In this document: one piece after another, positions 60,174-64,000 of the stretch
Layout of the letters: every line of letters starts with the position of its first letter
Position numbering within the stretch: the stretch's first letter is position 1
From: Bacteroidaceae bacterium
GTDB taxonomy: Bacteria > Bacteroidota > Bacteroidia > Bacteroidales > Bacteroidaceae
Length of the DNA: 64,000 nucleotides
Assembly: GCA_017650045.1 (NCBI GenBank)
Contig: JAGCFP010000080.1
Coordinates: 9,468 to 73,467, forward strand
Direction: 5' to 3'
The notes under the pieces: model-generated
Told to the model about the DNA's origin: nothing
The model's input: only the letters and a program-made list of their open reading frames with translations
Databases searched by the model: none
Program-made: the position numbers and the translations under genes

Positions 60174-61052
60174 TTAGGCGCCTTTTTCTCCAATTTTATT
60201 TTTGATGGCATCAGAAATTTCTTCCATCAACCACTTAGGTGTGGAAGTGGCGCCACAAATTCCTATGCTGCTAACTCCTTCCAGCAACTTATCATCGATG
60301 GCTGAGGCTTGGTCGATGAAATGCGAATTGGGATTAACCAACTGACATTCGTGGAAGAGGATTTTCCCATTCGAACTTTTCATGCCTCCTACGAAGAATA
60401 TCAATTCATGTGAAGCAGCAAAGCGACGGATGTTGGGAATACGGTTGGCTACTTGGCGACAGATGGTGTCATAGTACTCAAAGGTGGCATCTGGAGAGAT
60501 ATGTTCCTTAATGTATTCCACAATCTTACGAAATTCATCGAGCGACTTGGTGGTTTGTGAATACAGACGGATACTCTTATTGAAGTCCAGTTGCTTAGCC
60601 TCCTCCAGATGCTCTATCACGATGGCTTCTCCTTGAGTTTGGCCAACCAATCCTAAAACCTCTGCATGACCGTTTTTCCCATAGATCACCATTTGCTTGT
60701 CACGCATATCTTCCTTGTCGTACTCTTTTTTAATACGACGCTGAATGCTTAATACCACGGGACAAGTAGCATCGATAATCTGGATATTGTTACGAAGGGC
60801 AGTTGCATAGGTCTCTGGAGGTTCGCCATGTGCTCGGAGTAAGACTTTGGCATCATGAAGAAGGTTGAACTGCTCGTGATTGATGGTGATAAGCCCCATT
60901 TCCTTGAGTCGTTCCACTTCACGATTGTTATGCACAATATCTCCAAGGCAATAGAGTGTGCCTCCTTTCTGCAACTCCTCTTCTGCCTTATTGATGGCTG
61001 TCACCACTCCATGACAAAAACCCGATCCGCTGTCAATCTCAACGTTGGTCAT
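60174..61052 (-). CDS. ispH: HMBPP reductase
   Basis: GFCHGV, IVHN, AHG, DATCP.V, SQTT, TIC, SSN, GATSTP; ATG 61052. Confidence 0.95.
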   Translation of the reverse strand: MTNVEIDSGSGFCHGVVTAINKAEEELQKGGTLYCLGDIVHNNREVERLKEMGLITINHEQFNLLHDAKVLLRAHGEPPETYATALRNNIQIIDATCPVVLSIQRRIKKEYDKEDMRDKQMVIYGKNGHAEVLGLVGQTQGEAIVIEHLEEAKQLDFNKSIRLYSQTTKSLDEFRKIVEYIKEHISPDATFEYYDTICRQVANRIPNIRRFAASHELIFFVGGMKSSNGKILFHECQLVNPNSHFIDQASAIDDKLLEGVSSIGICGATSTPKWLMEEISDAIKNKIGEKGA

Positions 61053-61738
61053 TCTCCCACGATCTGATGATATTTCTCCAAGAGCCAAGCATTCTGTTCA
61101 GGGATAGTCAGATGGCTGTTGTCCAATACGATGGCATCTTCTGCCTGACGGAGAGGACTGACTTCACGATGTGAGTCGATGTAATCGCGTTCTTTCACAT
61201 TTTGCAGAATTTCCTCAAAACTGGCTTCTTCGCCTTTCTCCTTCAGTTCCTTGAAACGGCGCTCTGCACGGATTTCCGGAGATGCAATGAGGAAAATCTT
61301 CATCTCAGCATCTGGAAAAACGGTGGTTCCAATGTCACGACCATCCATCACGATGCCCTTCTCCTGTCCCATCGCTTGCTGTTGTGCCACCATCGCAGTG
61401 CGCACAAAGTCGATGGCAGCAACAATGCTGACACGCGAGGATACCTCCATCGTACGAATCTTATCCTCTACATATACCTTATTAATATAAGTGTCAGGAC
61501 GACCAGTTTGTGCATTCAGTTTGAAACTGATATGGATCTCTGGCATCAGTTCACGCAGTTTTTCCACATCCAGTTGCTCCCCTTCAAAACAATCGTTCTG
61601 CAGTGCAAAAAGGGTAACGGCGCGATACATAGCGCCACTGTCGATGTAGATATAACCAATCTCTCGTGCCAGGTCTTTTGCCATGGTACTTTTGCCACAA
61701 GAAGAGAATCCATCGATGGCTATTGTAATCTTTTTCAT
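61049..61738 (-). CDS. cmk: Cytidylate kinase
   Basis: IAIDG.SSCGKST, DSGAMYR, DGRDIGT, RD..D..R..SPL. Confidence 0.96.
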   Translation of the reverse strand: MKKITIAIDGFSSCGKSTMAKDLAREIGYIYIDSGAMYRAVTLFALQNDCFEGEQLDVEKLRELMPEIHISFKLNAQTGRPDTYINKVYVEDKIRTMEVSSRVSIVAAIDFVRTAMVAQQQAMGQEKGIVMDGRDIGTTVFPDAEMKIFLIASPEIRAERRFKELKEKGEEASFEEILQNVKERDYIDSHREVSPLRQAEDAIVLDNSHLTIPEQNAWLLEKYHQIVGE

Positions 61739-61870
61739 GTGATTTTAATTTTTAATAAATTTTTTCATGCCAAAGATAATCGTTTTTCAAAATATATCCT
61801 TATATTTGTAGCGAAAAGTGCGAATAGCACAAAATTTAAGTAGTACACACCAATTTTTAATACATATTTT

Positions 61871-62572
61871 ATGGAAGTTAAAAAATCACCAAAGGCCGAC
61901 CTGGAAGGTAAGAAAAGTACAGGTTTGCTGATCGGCTATGTTATGGTGCTGGCTATCATCTTCGCCGCCTTCGAATGGACGCAGCGCGACAGGAAGATCG
62001 ATACTTCAGGCCAAGTTGCCGAAGTTGTATTTGAGGAAGAAATTGAGATTCCTATCACGGAACAACCAGAACAAGTAGCAGCTCCACCTCCACCAGAGGC
62101 TCCTTCTATTGCAGAGACTCTGACCATTGTGGACGATGACTCTGACGTTCAGCAGTCTGCTATCCTCTCTTCTGAGGAAACAGGTGAGCAGGTTGAAATC
62201 AAGTATACTCCAACCGTTGCTGTGGCTGAGGAAGAAGAAGACGTTGTAGACGAGCAGGAAATCTTCGAAATCGTAGAGGAACCTACTACATTCCCTGGCG
62301 GTGATGCCGCTTTGATGCAGTGGCTGTCAAAGAATATCAAGTATCCTGCTATTGCACAGGAGAATGGTACTCAGGGTCGTGTAACTGTACGTTTCGTTGT
62401 TGAGCGCGACGGTTCTGTAAGTAACGCAGAAGTTATCCGTGGTGTGGATCCTTATCTTGACAAAGAGGCTCTCCGCGTGGTGAACTCTATGCCAAAGTGG
62501 AATCCAGGTAAGCAGCGTGGTAAAGCTGTGCGTACTCGCTTTACTTTGCCTGTTACCTTCCGTCTGCAGTAA
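61871..62572 (+). CDS. tonB: Energy transducer TonB
   Basis: MEVKKSPKADLE, transmembrane helix, Pro/Glu linker, FPGG..YP..A.ENG.QGRV.V.FVV..W.PG.Q.G. Confidence 0.92.
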   Translation: MEVKKSPKADLEGKKSTGLLIGYVMVLAIIFAAFEWTQRDRKIDTSGQVAEVVFEEEIEIPITEQPEQVAAPPPPEAPSIAETLTIVDDDSDVQQSAILSSEETGEQVEIKYTPTVAVAEEEEDVVDEQEIFEIVEEPTTFPGGDAALMQWLSKNIKYPAIAQENGTQGRVTVRFVVERDGSVSNAEVIRGVDPYLDKEALRVVNSMPKWNPGKQRGKAVRTRFTLPVTFRLQ

Positions 62573-62588
62573 TACGATGCAGAAAGTT

Positions 62589-62623
62589 AAAAAAAGAGGC
62601 TGCTTTCGAGCAGCCTTTTTTTT
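62589..62623 (+). terminator. Terminator after tonB
   Basis: A7-GAGGCTGCT-TTCG-AGCAGCC-T8. Confidence 0.9.
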
Positions 62624-62676
62624 CTAACTAGAGAAAAATATTTTCCTAGTTAGGAAAAAAGTTTTTCCTCACGTAG
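62620..62676. repeat. ~22 bp-spaced palindrome array, same family as 10248-10345 and 49915-49965
   Basis: TTTCTAACTAGAGAAAAA / TTTTCCTAGTTAGGAAAAAA / TTTTTCCTCACGT; 15-mer CTAGTTAGGAAAAAA identical to 10252-10266. Confidence 0.8.
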
Positions 62677-62690
62677 TAGTAAAAAATCCT

Positions 62691-63668
62691 ATGATGTATA
62701 CTTCCGCCCAGTTACAAGAGATGTACCAAGGTTGGCTTGAAACCCTGGTACTGAACAGAAATCCACAGTCGCTTTATGAACCAGTGAAATATGTGCTTTC
62801 CATAGGAGGGAAGCGCCTTCGTCCAGTCTTGATGCTTTTGGCTTACAATCTGTTTAAGGACGATGTGGAAAGAGTTAAACCTCAGGCATTGGGTATTGAG
62901 ATTTATCACAATTTTACTTTGCTTCATGACGATCTGATGGATAAGGCTGATGTGCGTAGAGGACATCCTACCGTACATAAGCGTTGGGACGACAATACTG
63001 CCATCCTCTCTGGAGATGCTATGACTGTCTTGGCATATCAACAGATGGAGCAATGTGACGAGAAACATTTTTCAAAAGTGATTAAGCTTTTCAATCGGAC
63101 GGCCATAGAGATTTGTGAAGGTCAGCAATACGACATGGACTTTGAGAGTCGCCTTGATGTTACTGAAGCTGAATACATGGAAATGATTCGTCTGAAGACT
63201 TCTGTATTACTTGCTGCTAGCCTTAAGATCGGCGCCATCCTTGCAGATGCTTCAGAGAAAGATGCAGATTTGCTTTATGACTTTGGTATCTGTTTGGGAT
63301 TGGCTTTCCAACTGAAGGACGACTTACTGGATGTTTATGGAGACCCTAAGGTGTTCGGCAAGAAGATCGGTGGAGATATCTTATGCAATAAAAAGACTTT
63401 CTTGCTTATCAAGGCTCTGGAACTGGCCAATGACTTGCAGCGTCAGGAACTCTATCACTGGATAGAAATGAAGAAATTCTCTGCAGCGGAGAAAATCAAT
63501 GCCGTTACCACCTTATATAATATAGTGGGTGTGAATGGCATTACACAGAAGCTTATCGAGGATTATTCAGCAAAGGCTTCAGCCTTATTGGATGAGGTTT
63601 CTGTTTCAGATGAACGGAAGGAAGCCCTCAGAAAACTCATGGATGGATTGAAAGTGAGGAAGGTCTGA
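62691..63668 (+). CDS. Polyprenyl diphosphate synthase (FPP/GGPP)
   Basis: GGKRLRP, HDDLMD..RRG, GQQYD, KT, FQLKDDLLD. Confidence 0.93.
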   Translation: MMYTSAQLQEMYQGWLETLVLNRNPQSLYEPVKYVLSIGGKRLRPVLMLLAYNLFKDDVERVKPQALGIEIYHNFTLLHDDLMDKADVRRGHPTVHKRWDDNTAILSGDAMTVLAYQQMEQCDEKHFSKVIKLFNRTAIEICEGQQYDMDFESRLDVTEAEYMEMIRLKTSVLLAASLKIGAILADASEKDADLLYDFGICLGLAFQLKDDLLDVYGDPKVFGKKIGGDILCNKKTFLLIKALELANDLQRQELYHWIEMKKFSAAEKINAVTTLYNIVGVNGITQKLIEDYSAKASALLDEVSVSDERKEALRKLMDGLKVRKV

Positions 63669-64000
63669 ATGTTTCCCTATATTGACACCCATTCGCACCT
63701 TTTCTTAGAAGAGTTTGATGAAGATCGCAAGGAGGTGGTTGCTCGTGCCAAAGAGGCAGGAGTCTCTTGTATTTTCATGCCAGATATCGATAGTTCTACT
63801 CATCAGCGACTTATGAATATGTGCGATGACTATCCCGATTATTGTTTCCCTTTGGTGGGACTGCATCCGGAATCTGTCAACGAACATTATGAAAAGGAAC
63901 TGGAGTTTGTCCGTAGAGCGCTGGAGGAGCATTGCCATCGTTTTATTGGCATTGGAGAGATAGGCATTGACCTCTATTGGGATGCAACCTATAAAAAAGA
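63669..64000 (+). CDS. tatD: TatD-family hydrolase, truncated by the window edge and absent from the ORF track
   Basis: Own translation: MFPYIDTHSHL..GLHP..IGEIGIDLYWD. Confidence 0.9.
   Translation, partial: MFPYIDTHSHLFLEEFDEDRKEVVARAKEAGVSCIFMPDIDSSTHQRLMNMCDDYPDYCFPLVGLHPESVNEHYEKELEFVRRALEEHCHRFIGIGEIGIDLYWDATYKK

Noticed and set aside
63705-63938. 77 aa minus-strand ORF
   Set aside because: Antisense to the truncated tatD gene on the + strand

Overview
Chromosomal window from a Bacteroidales bacterium (Bacteroidaceae/Prevotellaceae-like), judged from TAnnTTTG promoter boxes, AT-rich leaders without Shine-Dalgarno sites and gene order. About 60 CDS, almost all housekeeping: tex, glmM, carB, purB, rluB, asnS, rplM-rpsI-rpsB-tsf, MEP isoprenoid genes, xseAB, exbBD-tonB, recG, tpiA, folE, dnaG, a Phe/Tyr operon, an ilv operon, pfkA and cmk, plus one tRNA-Val(TAC). 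No transposase, integrase, cas or phage gene is visible. The unusual signal is non-coding. (1) A ~2.4 kb AT-rich insert between glmM and carB holds two lipoprotein genes. It is bracketed by two multi-hairpin elements built from different heptamers whose loops share a 16/19 direct repeat, a candidate hairpin-presented recombination cassette. (2) A 270 bp MITE-like element has 37 bp terminal inverted repeats. (3) Several sequence-unrelated families of palindromic repeats all have ~21-22 bp periodicity. (4) Heptamer arrays, some inverted, sit at gene boundaries. (5) Three leader peptide/attenuator modules are absent from or mis-started in the ORF track: Phe/Tyr-rich before pheA, Leu/Val/Ile-rich before ilvD, and a pyrL-like or Arg-sensing candidate before the stand-alone carB. 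All assignments come from reading motifs by eye; no database search was run.
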